Both the position numbers and the translations under genes were made by a program. A stretch of 64,000 nucleotides of DNA from Takakia lepidozioides (lineage: Eukaryota > Plantae > Bryophyta): NCBI GenBank assembly GCA_030704615.1, contig CM060733.1, positions 47,988,001 through 48,052,000 on the forward strand, given 5' to 3'. Below are positions 21,354-33,100 of the stretch, one piece after another; the stretch's first letter is position 1; each line of letters opens with the position of its first letter. Under the pieces are notes generated by a model. That model did no database searches. It was not told where the DNA came from and saw only the letters and a program-made list of their open reading frames with translations.

Positions 21354-21944
21354 ATGGATAAAAACTACTCCACTTCCAATGGCTCAGGGGACTCAATCTT
21401 GGGCAAAGGTCCAACCCAATCGGCCGATGTACACTCCTCCAGTGAAGAGGACGTTGTGTGGGAGGATTCCATTCCACAGGAGGTGACCGACTGGCCAGTT
21501 CTAGTCTTGGACAAAGAGAAGCTCTGATCGCAGGAGCTAAAGCTCACTCAAAGGGGGATTTTGATCTACTTCCCGGGGAAAACCAGACCCAGGCTGTGGG
21601 TACGTCGCTGGATTGTTAAACATCTTGGAGCGGATGGAGGTCTTGCCCACCACTACAGCCTCTCCATGGGCAAGGGCTTCTACCTGGCCTTGTTCAGTTC
21701 CCCTGAAGAAGCAGAGACAGCTCTGAAATTTAACACTCAGCTGTCAGCTATCAAGGTCTTCCTCTTCCCTTGGACCCACGATTGGGGTCACAGGAAAGGC
21801 GTGATGTGGAAGCCAAGGGTTATTGTGATACCCTTCCTTCCGGCTACTTATCTGTCCTCTCTCCCTGAAATAGGCGCCAGCTTCGGCACCTTCATGGGCT
21901 CACTGAATGTTTTTGAGCCGATGCTTGACAACATAAGGAGTGTG
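21354..21944 (+). pseudogene. L1 ORF1 N-terminal part (DUF4283-like), one in-frame stop
   Basis: ORFs 21195-21527 and 21561 onward share a frame. The protein continues in the inverted segment from 25575 on the minus strand. Confidence 0.8.
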
Positions 21945-24900
21945 GATAATGTCTTGCCCCCAAGCGCTACAGTGGGAAGAGGCAGCCTGACTGTGCATCG
22001 CCGAGAGGATCCCCATGGATTTCCGCCAGTTAATGTTCAAACCAGAACCCAAGCAAAAAATGTGCAAGGCCTGTAGCGCACGGTCAATATTCTGTCTGGT
22101 TGAATTGTCCAGCAGTAAAGTGGTGTCATCAGCATACATGGACAGTTTTACCATTTCAGGCACAAATGTGGGCAAGTGAAGGCCCACAATGTCCTGCCTG
22201 GCTTCAAACAGGTGCCCAAGAGAGTCAGCTGCAATGAGAAAAAGGAAAGGTGCCAAGGGGCAACCCTGTCTTACTGACTTTGAAATAGGGACAGATTGGG
22301 AGATGACCCCCCCTTTGGCGATAATCTTATAAGTAGAGTTGAGCAAGGTAATAGGGCGGTAGTTAGCAACCTTATCCCTCTCCCTTTTTTTGTAGATGAG
22401 AGTGATAAGACCCTCCGAAATCTGAGAGGGCATCAACTGTTTGAGGAGGATGTCATTGGCCATATTGAGAAAGTCCTCACCCAAAGTGCCCCATAAGGCT
22501 TTGAACAATTCAGCAGGCAGACCATCCGGGCCCGGACTTTTGAGAGAAGGCAGGGCCTCCACCGCTTTCCCGAGTTCAGACACAGTAAATGGTTCTGCCA
22601 GATTGGCTTTGTCCTCAACAGACAGGGAACAAGTAATGTTCCTAAGGAGAGCGTTTCTGGCCTCCACCACCTCGGGAGTGTGATCTGTTTTTTGGAAGAG
22701 CTGCCTAAAGAAGTCAGCTGCAATGCCAGCCATCTTCTTTGGGACAGTACTTGGGAGACCAGAGCTGTCAGACAGAGAGGGGATCAAAGTAGAAGCATGA
22801 CATTGGGCCGCTTTGACGAAAAAATATCTAGACATTTTTTCCCCCTTAAGCGACCAATGGACCCCCGCCTTGACTCTAATGAATTGCTCCCTAGAATGCA
22901 GAAGTAAGGATAGGTTTTTCTTAGCAGTCTTGTAAGAGATCAGGGTTTGTGGGTCGTTCTTTCCCACTTGCATCTCAAACTGACAAACATGTAGGCGTTT
23001 GGTTAACGCTTTCTCTTTTCTGGAGGACTCTTCCGCTATTTTCCTAGACAGTTGCTGACAGTTACTTCTAAGACTCTGAAGAAAGAGGAGGGTGGGGGAG
23101 GAAAAGGGGAGGTCAGCAGAGGACCAAACCCTTTGAAGCTGGAGGATAACCTCCGGGTCTTTGAGAAGGAGGGGGTTTAACTTAAAGAAACCTCTACCCC
23201 TTACCCTAGCCCCTGGGGTGTGGAGAGAAAGGTGAACAGTAGAGTGGTCAAAGCCCGGAGCTATGGGGGCAATTGGAGATCTGACAGTCCAGTTTAACAA
23301 ATGCTCGGAGCAGTAAAATCTATCTAAGCGAGCAAGAGAGAGGTTAGGAGGCACCCTATTGTTAGACCAAGTGAACTTGTTCACCATCAGCCGGGGGGGA
23401 AGCATCCAACAGACCAACCGCCAAGCAAAGGGAATCCCAAGAATCTCTTTCAGCCACCGAGAGACCATGGACATTACCACCAAAACGGTCATTGTCAAAT
23501 TCCACCATATTAAAATCCCCGCCCATAATCCAGTGTTGAATGCCTAGACGTTGAAGCATTCTCAACCTTACCAGGGACCACAAGTCGATTTGCTCCACTT
23601 CACTGTTTGGAGCATACACATTCAGCACCCCAACATTCTCTATAGACTGACCCAGGTTCATGACAACAAGCTGAATCCTCCCCTAGACCCATATTTCATT
23701 AGATATAACATTAGGGCCCAACGAAGGAGAGATCAAGATCGCAGTCCCTCCTTTGGAATCAATGATCGTGGGGTTCCAGAAAGCAGAGTTGGAAGGCCAA
23801 ATAGAAGCACCCAGAGAAGCAATTTTTGCAGGGTCCAGTTTGTGCTCTTGAAGAAAAATTAGAGAGGATTTATTGATGAAGAGAGAGGCCCGGCGTCTGA
23901 TTCTTGCCCTTTTTAGGGCAGAGTAATCAGGCCCAATGCCTCGTATATTCCAAGAAGTTAGGGATAAATTCATGGAACAGAGGGGTTAAGGCCCGCGGTG
24001 ACAACGCGATTTGATGGCCAGGTAGGTAAAAAGCGGAATTTTGTCCTTTTGTCAGAAGGCTGCAACATATAGATCCATTGAAAGCCAGCAGGTGGGGGGA
24101 GGGCAGCTTGTAGGTTCCAGATAAAGACCTTCCTGGACTTCTTTCTCTTGCTAATGCACCCCATTTCCAAAAATTGGTTTCTGCTGTCTGTCATAACTGA
24201 TAGTCCTAACAATTGGTGATCCCAAGAAAGCAATGAAGAGAGAAAGTCAAGTGACAAGCGGGAGAACAGGGGCATCAGAGAGCCACACCAAGCAGGCTGG
24301 ATTCTAAGACCCGGAGGAAGGTGCTCAATTACCAAGGTCCAACCACGTTTCTTGTTGGCAACATCAAGAACAAAGAAAAAGAGGGGGGAGTAAGCATGAG
24401 GAATGATGCTTACCGCCGGGGGCGAGTCCACCGTCTCCTCGGGCTGCTTCATTTCTTCAAAACTGTTGTGTGCCCCGTTGGAGGAGTGCAACATGTCTGC
24501 CTCATTATATAGGACGATTTCTCTGTTATTTGGCTGGACTTCAGTGGGGATGTGGTGATCTTCCTGTGGTGCTTGAACTGCTGGACCCTTGAGCTTCTGC
24601 AGACCGGTGAGTTCAGTCACCATGCGTTGCCCTTCCTCCAGAATTAAGGAGCTGCGAGCCCAGGTGTTGGGATCATTTACCCTGCAGGACAGGCCAAATC
24701 CATCTGCCCACAAACCCTTGAGAGGTTTGACCGATAGCTGCAGGTCAATGGCATGAAAGATGGGAAGCACATGCACGACTGCCAGATTGACCAGAGCAGG
24801 ATTGTTCTCCAACATGAATTTGAGCCGTGAGGCGCAAAGTAATTTCTTTTTCATTCCCAACGCCCAAATCTTTGGCCATCGATTCTGTGACCCAGGCAGA

Positions 24901-25577
24901 GCGGAATCCTTCCCCTTCGTCCGACACACAAAAGTTTGTATAGTTGTCAAAAAAGGTGTAGACAAGAGGGGTCACACAGATAGCTGCCCTGTCACTTGTG
25001 TACGGCGAACCAGGGGCCCAGCTTGTTAGCGGTCTCCTTGAGAAAGAGTGTAGCTCGAGGAAGGAGATAGCGAGACTGGTGCTATCCAAAAGGTGCAGCT
25101 CCTCCTGTGCAAAAGGAAACGAAGCCCATTTGTCCTTTATGATTACAGGATGGAGATCGTATGGCCGATTAGGATGGAGCCACTTGGTGGAGTCCTCACT
25201 GCGTTTCCTTTTTTTGGAAGACTGACCCGGCTGGAAACCTCCTTCGTCGTGTTCCAAGGAAATAGTAACCGCTGCTGCATCAAACGAAGAGCCCGCTTTG
25301 GTATTTGACGAAAGAGGAGGTTTGGGGGCCTCAAAGTCGAGCGGCTTGGATGGTTTAGGGCAGTTGGAACGCAGGTGACCTTCTCTGTTAGAGATGAAGC
25401 AGGTTGCAGATATTAGCTCCTCTTTGATCGCTACGACGATGAAAGAATCGTCGAGAGTAGGAAGCTTGATTGAGGAACCAATGGGCTCATTCTCCGGCAT
25501 GAGGACAACTAACTTAGGGACCCCTCCATCTTTGTAGAAGTCAAAGTTAATTGGCTCAGTGAGGGTGAATCTCACAC
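21940..25577 (-). pseudogene. Inverted L1 segment: ORF1 C-terminus plus ORF2 endonuclease and RT
   Basis: Minus-strand ORFs 24745-25575, 23970-24965, 23683-23973, 23362-23661 and 21900-23498. The ORF1 stop and ORF2 start overlap as ATGA at 23970-23973. Confidence 0.9.
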
Positions 25578-25748
25578 CCTACTTGGGCACCAGATAGGTC
25601 TTAATCTGTCCCAGCAGAGCAGAATGCAGAATGTCATCTCTAGGTTAAAAATATCTCTTGCTCACTGGAGCTCATCCATGCTATCAATCGCTGATCGAGC
25701 TCTCGTGGCAAACCAAGTGCTTCTTGGCTCATGCTGGTTTTCTGCAGC

Positions 25749-27675
25749 AAGGGCAGCTCACGTGAGCGTGCTCACGCTTAATGTGGAAAACGTGAGCAGA
25801 ATCCCTAAAGCGTGAGCAGATTACTGAATGGGAGCCTACAACCGAGGGAAGAAGAGGGCCTATTGCCGTGGACAAAAACTACAATGCAGGGACGCACGCA
25901 CACCCTATCCGACGGGACAATCCAAGCTCCATGACAACCATATGGTACGAATGTGCGATGAAAAAGCAGACAGATGAATGGTTTCAGGATGAATGAAAAG
26001 TGGAAAGGATGAATGGTGGATGATTGTTGGATGAGAAATGAGCGAAATGGATGAACCATGACTTCGTTTTTGTTTCACGTAGAGCAATTCCTGAATTTCA
26101 GATTTGTCGGCTGATCTTGGCAGTATTTACTTTGAGGGAACTTGAAGGAAACTGCTGAAGTTACAAGGCAATTACATACAGGAGTAAATTTGAGTTACCT
26201 ATGGACTCTTGGGGGTGGGGCTGCAGAGGAGGGAGGAGGATAGAACATGAGAAGGGATGACAAAACAAAATTGTAGAAAAAATCCTCCAAAAACAATGAA
26301 CCCAAAAAATTGAGTCCAAAAAAATTTTAAAGGCGGTGTGTGTCCAGGTTGGGGGAGGGATTAAGGTGTCGTTAACGACATCTTAATTCCCACCTCTTGT
26401 TGCCACAAACATTTCATGGAAAATCCCAAAAAACCAAAAAATTTGAATCCAACAAAACTAAAAAGCCGACACCTGTGCCGGTCGCGGCGATTAAGGTGTC
26501 GTCAACGATATTTTAAATCTCACCAGCTGCTGCCACATGTCTTTTTCAGATTATGGCCCAAAAATGGAAAAAACAGAAATCCATCAAAACTTTAAAGGCG
26601 GTGCGTGTGCAGATCGAGGCGATTAAGGTGTCGACATCTTAATTCCCACAACCTGTTGCGATATGACACTTCATGGAAAAACCCAAAAAACCAGGAAAAA
26701 AAAAAATGAATCCAGAAAAGCTTTGAAGGCGGTGCGTATGCCGGGGGGATTAAGGTGTCGTCAACGACATCTTAATTCCCAACAAGTTTTCAAAAAAAAA
26801 AGAAACCCCGTTTTTTTTTTTTTTCCCCCCGAATGTGGCAGATTAAGGTGTCGTCAACGACATCTTAATTCCCAGTACGAGTTGGCACATGACAATTCAT
26901 GGAAAAACCAAAAACCCCAAAAAAATTCACCGAAAAAATTTCAACCCACAAAAATCTGATGGCGAACAAGCCTTGGCGGTAAGGTGGTGTGTGTGCAGGT
27001 GCTGGGGATTAAGGTGTCGTCAACGATATCTTAATTCCCAATACGAGTTGGCATATGACAATTCATGGGAAAATCAAAAACCCCAAAAAAATTCACCTAA
27101 AAAAATCTGATGGCGAACAAGCCTTGGCGGTAAGGCGGTGTGTGTGCACGTGCTGGGGATTAAGGTGTCGTCAACGACATCTTAATTCCCAGTACGTATT
27201 TGAAATTTTTATTTATAAAGCACGAGTTCACCTCTCTGCCTTTTTTAGATTTGGGTGTGAGCCTTTCTCTCAATCTTGGATACCTGGAAAAATGACAAGT
27301 AACCCCTCCTCAATCCACAAAGCAATGTGGATTCATTGTTGGCAATATACAGTGCACTTTCACAATTGATTTGCAAGCAAGACTAGCATGGTTTAAAGGA
27401 TTTCGGAGCTCGGGGGATTTCGGAGCTACTACTACAAAACAACTTTGTATTATTTCATTTATTTCATTCATCCATGTCTCATTCATCCGCCATTCATCCC
27501 TCATTCATCCCAACAACATCCATAACCGACCTTGTGATACCGGCCACTCTGCGCAGTAATAGGTCTTCTAAGTCGACTGCATCGCGGTTATAGGTAGGCA
27601 GGTCCTCAAGCGTGAGCAGATTTCTGCTCACGAAAGTTTTTGCTCGCGGGATCTGTTCACACAATAGCATCCCCC
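25749..27675. mobile_element. Non-autonomous DNA transposon (Mutator-like?) inserted in L1 ORF2
   Basis: TTCTGCAGC is duplicated at 25740-25748 and 27676-27684 (or a 7-bp CTGCAGC duplication with AAGGG...CCCTT ends). CGTGAGCA/TGCTCACG motifs and GGATGAATG/CATTCATCC tracts occur in inverted arrangement near both ends. Removing it restores CWFSAAVWDP of ORF2. Confidence 0.78.
26359..27190. repeat. Array of seven ~33-bp palindromic repeats GATTAAGGTGTCGTCAACGACATCTTAATTCCC
   Basis: Copies start near 26359, 26489, 26621 (internally deleted), 26748, 26841, 27007 and 27158. Confidence 0.9.
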
Positions 27676-29402
27676 TTCTGCAGCGGTTTGGGACCCGGGT
27701 ACCTCGATGGAGAAAGACTCTCATTCGGAACTTTATCTGGGGTGCAACCACTCAATCCCCCGTGAGGCGCGCTCTTCTCTCGTGGGAACAACTGTGTCAG
27801 CCAAAAAAAAAAGGAGGCCTTGGTATTTTGGATCCGGCAACTCAAATCAAGGCCCTTCTGGCTAAATGGATTCCTAGAGCCATTGTTCATCGTCACAACC
27901 CGTGGAGTAAGTTAATCCAGCCCTATCTGATGGCGGCCAAACCCTCCTCATCCCACCTGTGGGCTAATTCCCTTCGATGGATTGTTCAGGGGAAAAATAC
28001 TAAAGTGAACTTGGGATCTCGCCCATGGCAATCCATTTGGGCGGCTTGGCAGTCTATCAGGACTAAGCTTGTCCAAAGAAGACCAGTCTGTTATGCAGAA
28101 GCCTACCGTCAGCCCCTTTTTGGGAACAGCTTAATCAACTTAGAAAGGTTGTCCCTTCAAAAACCAGGGTGGGGTTTCTGGGAGCACTATGGCCTTACTC
28201 ATCTAGGCAGCATCTGGGAGCAGGGCAGCCTTCTTCCTGCAGCTACTGTGTCTCAAATTGTGGGCAGCAGACGTGCCATGGCCTAGTCCTCCCTTACTGC
28301 AGAAATCCCAGATTTCTTCACTTCACTGCTGAGCAACGGTGACAATGTGGAGACACCGCCAATCTGGACTGCTGCATCAAGCAATGGTGGTAACAAGGTC
28401 CTTTTGGTTCTCTCCCTCAATGGAAATATGGCTTCTGGGATTGCTTTTGTGGCAGATTATGAGGGCAACTTGCGTGTCGCGGGTTGTTTGGATGTGCAGA
28501 AGCAGCTCCTCTTCCGTATTAGAGTGCTGGATGAGAAGGGGACTGCAAACCCAACCCCGCCGCCAGGGCTGGAAATGCAATGGGCCTTGCACTCTACCTT
28601 CACTTGGTTTCTTAAGTTCCCCATGGCTGCTTTACAGTTTGACCCAGGGGAGTGGAGTTGGACAGATGACCACCACTCCCCTTTCTTTGCGTACACAGTT
28701 AAGATGGGTTATTCTCTGTTGAGGACTCCCACCTCTTTCTTATCTAGGTGGTCTGAAAAGTGGAGCCACTTGAACCTGTCAGCAGCCAACTGGGACTCGG
28801 TATGGAAAGATATCTGGAAGAAATATAGGGCAACTAAAATCTCAGCTTTCTTGTGGAAATTGGCTCATAGGATCTTACCAGTCAATGTCAAGACCTTGTT
28901 CAACAACTCCTCTTGCGGTTTATGCATGACTCAGCCGGAGCTATTATGTGTTTCCACTCTAGTTGGGATACCTTCCCATCCCCCATATCTTCTTCTCTGC
29001 TGCTCTTGAATTTCCAGCCTTCTTTTAGTCCTACTTCATGCCCAGTTTGGGCCAGTCTGAGGGCTCTAACCCTGTGGAACCTGTGGAAGGCTAGGTGTTC
29101 TCAGATGTATGAGGGAAGACCCCCTAGGGGCAGGTCTATTATGTTTAACATATATCAAGACCTGCTTACCGAGGGGAGGAAGGCTTGGGGAACCTTGTGT
29201 GCAGCTGTTTCCAGGTCTTCGGAAGAACGTGGCAGGCAGCTCATCAATAACTTTCACCAGCCCTGGGGGAAAAATGATACTCTCGGAACCATGCTTCCCA
29301 ACTTGTGATTCTATTGGAAAGTCACCACTCCAGCTCATTGGACTTTCCCTGGTGAAGGAGACGATGCGGATTTTAATTGGAGACACAAGAAGCCTCGTGT
29401 GA
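27676..29402 (+). pseudogene. L1 ORF2 C-terminal part (post-RT, zf-RVT-like)
   Basis: IRNFIWG..LLSWEQLCQPKKKGGLGILDP, KISAFLWKLAHRILPVN, CGLC, LWNLWKARC, with frameshifts and stops. Confidence 0.88.
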
Positions 29403-30133
29403 CCAAGTTCAGGACCCAGTTGAGGTTTTAGCTTGTAGTACTTGGCCCTCTTTCATCTTCTCTCCTGGCTTCCTATCATGGAGGATACAACCTCCTTGAA
29501 CTATCTGAAGTCTTCTTAATCTTCCCTGCCCGTCATCATTCTTAGGCTTGGTTTTATGTTACTTATCAGGCCTAGATTTCTAGTTCTAGTTTCTCTTTGA
29601 GACATCCCTGCTCTCCCCCACCCTTCTTTTTTCTGCTTGTAGCTCGAATGCTGTGGTTACTGGGATGTTCCCTTTCAGTGAACCTTACGGCCTCCCTTGT
29701 GGTTATTTTTTCCACCTTTTTGTGAACATTTATCTTATTTAATTTGATTAAAAGGGCCTCTGTCCCCTTTTAATTATTATTTAAAAAAAAGAAAAGAAAA
29801 AGATACCATTGCTCATATCCGGATTGATTTTTTTCAAAAACCACTCTATGCATACCAGATTCTTACTTTAAAAAATCAGGGGCTGCATTATTGGAAAACC
29901 TACCTGCCTTCAAAAAATTCAGCACGGCATACCAGGACCCTTCTGGTATTTTTAATTCAAGATACCAGACCAACACTGGTTGATTCCAGCACTGCTTCCC
30001 TCTCTCGCTGAAAAGCCTTTATAAAACTACTTGGAGGATGGACAAGCATTTTTGAAAGCTCAATTTTTGTCAATATAATTGATGTTAGTGTCACAAGATG
30101 AATGGAGGGCCAAGTTTGCTCGGACAGCAACCA

Positions 30134-33100
30134 ACTTCTCCACTTCCATTGGTTTTCAAAGAATACTACCAATTGCTGACTATAGGTGGGGAAAAAACTG
30201 AATTGATTCTAATGAGTGCAGCTGTAATCAGCGCTTGTTCTGTTGGGAATGCCATGGGCTGCTCTACCTCATGTGAATGACTTCCAACAGCAAGAGGAGA
30301 AGCAACACAGAAGCAAACCTGCTAATCAGATGGAGAAGGGCTGGACCGCTAGAGTCTAACTCAATAGCAGCCGGCTGACATTGCTGTTACCTGATGTCAA
30401 GATGTGGAGACTGTGCTAGTGGGGCTCCTCGCTGGGACTGTTCCTGGATACTCCAAGTAGAGAAAGGAAAAGGTTCCTGAAGAGTGTTGGTAGAGTTCCA
30501 GCTCTTGTGTGGCAACCATGGTCATCATTCCAGCTCTTGCAATTGCCCCTTGTGTTGGGCAACCTGAAGACATTAATATTCATTCTCTGACTCATTGTCC
30601 TGGGTCCTCTCACCAGAGAGACACCCTCTTCAAATCCATCAAGGAAATTGTGCCTGAACCTCTGTTTACCACCTTTGAAAGTCTCAAGACTGAGCCAAAA
30701 GCCCAGGCCCTTTGGGGCCTAGTTATTGGGTAAACCACACAGCAGATTGATGCTTGTGTGAAGGGATTTCTAGAGGATATCTGGAAATATTGGATCAACT
30801 CTGTTCCAAGGTGAGTCATACTACCGGCATCACCCCCTGACAATGGTAGCTTCTGTCTCTCTGTGTTCTGCTCAAACTGAGAGCGGGGTCAATGGGCACA
30901 AGGCTACGGCAAACAACGTCTTATGAGTACATTCTCTTTGCATGGAGTGGCCTGTTGTCCTTTTTCAGATGATGTGAACGATACAGAAGTCAAGATTTTG
31001 ACTCTCAGCTGTGTTGCAATTAGTTCCTGGATGAATTTCAATGCTTGGCCTAGAATCTGTGCAGGCTTATCCACCTGGACTCCACCTCCTTGTCCCTGTC
31101 CATGAAACTGAGCAAAATCAAACCCCTATCCTTCTGGAATGTGCATCCGTGAATGCGATCCCTTGCAGAACCCTGTCCGGTATGATGTCATATCTTACAA
31201 TCCATTCAACAAGCCAGCACCAGATTTTTCGATTTTTAAAGCTAGAAAATAGTATGGGTGAACATGCTCCTTTCCCCAGTTCTCAATCACGAGAACCTAA
31301 TGATCTACGAAGCTAGCAAGGGCATGAAAGCCTCCCAGAACCTCTAAAATCTGTCCCCCTACAATACAAGGGCATCTTAGGGACCACCAAAAACTAGCAC
31401 ACGTTCAGCTTGAGGCTCTCAAACCCTAATTCTCACAGACCAGAACATCCCCCAACCAAGTAACGTAAGATACTAAGCGATGAGAATGCACTCACAAAAA
31501 CTTGAAGCGGTCACCAATGGCTCGTCACAGTAACTTTCAGAGTGGTGGTTCTTCTGTTGAGGTCGCCAGCCAGTCCGACGAAGATTGACGCTGGAAAGCT
31601 TGCACATCGTCAGGTTTGTCTCTCCCCCTTATCTGGCCATCATATGTGGCTCCTTGAAAGTCGTAGCTCTCAAATTTGTTATGGTGGATGAGCTGTAAGT
31701 CATTTGGTTGGGTAGTGTGAAGCATATCCTCTATTTGTGGTGGACCGCACCAAAACTGGTGAAAATCTGGAGCAGGTATTGCTTCTCTCACTGGTCGAGC
31801 CATTGTTTATAACAAATGACAATCTACTAGTCTTGGGAGCTGATGTTTTCCTTGTGTTTGCAGTTTGAATCCTGTGATGGAGCTCAGGTGGGCCCATTGA
31901 TTGTGTTAAGAGTCTCTTCTTGCGATAACCTCCTTGGGTAGTTTTTTTGGGTGTAAATCACCAAAGAGGAGGTTAGCGCGGAGATGGAGATAGCAAACAT
32001 CGATGCCACTGTTGGCTCTGAAGCAAATGCAAGTGGCGAAGGGAGCCAAAACTATCTTCAGGTTGCTTGTGCCTTGCGGGATATGCTTGATGATCTGATT
32101 GCAGGTACCCGAGAAGCTCCAGGGATGGACCCCAGTGTATGGAGCGGTTTGCAAGAGGAGCTGTTGCAGCTTGTCTTTGCACGTCTGCCATTGCCTCAAA
32201 TCAATCGCCTTCGATGTCTTTCGCGGGAATGGCGTAGGAACATGAATGCAAGGAACTCGGACCTCAAGTTGGTATGTGCAGATGCTTATCCAAAGTTGTT
32301 TGCACTCGTCTCAGAAGATGACGACGCGGATGCGTGGGAGTCCTTCTGGGTTAAAGTCTTCGATATCCAACGTAGCACATGGCATGCCTTTCAAATCTGT
32401 TGTGGTGTCTTTGATGAACATGTTGAGCTAATGAGTGCGTGTGATGGAGGGTTGGTGTGTTTCGTTTGCATATCAGAGGAGAAGAAGAAGCCCCTGCTCA
32501 TTCTTGTGTGCAATCCGTTAACACAAGAGTGGGCAGCACTTCCTCTACACCGTCTGAGCATGGTCCAGCTCAAGATGGTGCAACTCATCATGAGTGATGA
32601 TAAGAAAACCTACAAAGTCTTAGTTGTAGGTCACCTCAAAAGCGGTCTGATAGCTGACTTCTTCGACTCTGGGACTGGAGAGTGGACCAGGGCAGACTGG
32701 TCTTCGGATCTCGTTTTTGGCTATCAATACCATTGGGAGATGGACGAAAACTTTCTCGACGGGACTTGCGTTGGTCCTTGTGCGTATGACTGTCAAGAAG
32801 GACAACTGCTTGAGCTTAGCGACAATCCGTTACAAACAGGATATAATTGAATTTGTGCACTTATTATGGATCATTTGTTTGTCCTGCACGAGGAGGGACG
32901 TGAGGACACGGAGAACCCTGGGTATTTGATACCAGAGTATTGTATTACAGAGTTCCAATGCCAAAAGGGTGCACCAAATTGGATAAAATTGAGGGATCAC
33001 AGCTGTATTGGTTTTGGGCACCCTCCATCAAGGGCACGCTACTTCATGAGGCTGTACGCATGCAAAGGTTTCCTGCTGGTAGTTGCGTCCCATGATGGAG

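Larger units (their letters stand above)
20327..29800 (+). mobile_element. Near full-length L1-clade LINE with an internal inversion and a nested DNA transposon
   Basis: TSD AGATACCA at 20319-20326 and 29801-29808. A-rich tail at 29783-29800. ORF1 (GKGFYLALFSSPEEAE, zinc-knuckle-like CFISNREGHLRSNC), endonuclease (SWNIRG, FLQEH, NVYAPN, GGDFN, RLDRFY, FDH), RT (PGPDG, RQGCPL, YADD), zf-RVT-like FLWK and LWNLWKARC. Confidence 0.92.
18686..29978. mobile_element. Non-autonomous hAT-type DNA transposon inflated by nested insertions
   Basis: 19-bp TIRs TAGTGGTGGTCTGGTATCT (18686-18704) and AGATACCAGACCAACACTG (29960-29978), 2 mismatches. 8-bp TSD GTTGATTC at 18678-18685 and 29979-29986. No transposase ORF seen. 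Confidence 0.88.

Noticed and set aside
21900-25575. A second, independent LINE inserted in opposite orientation
   Set aside because: No separate TSD or A-tail. The segment supplies exactly the domains missing from the flanking plus-strand L1.
26359-27190. CRISPR array
   Set aside because: Eukaryotic context with no cas genes. The spacers are long, variable in length and similar to one another, and the array lies inside a TSD-flanked transposon.
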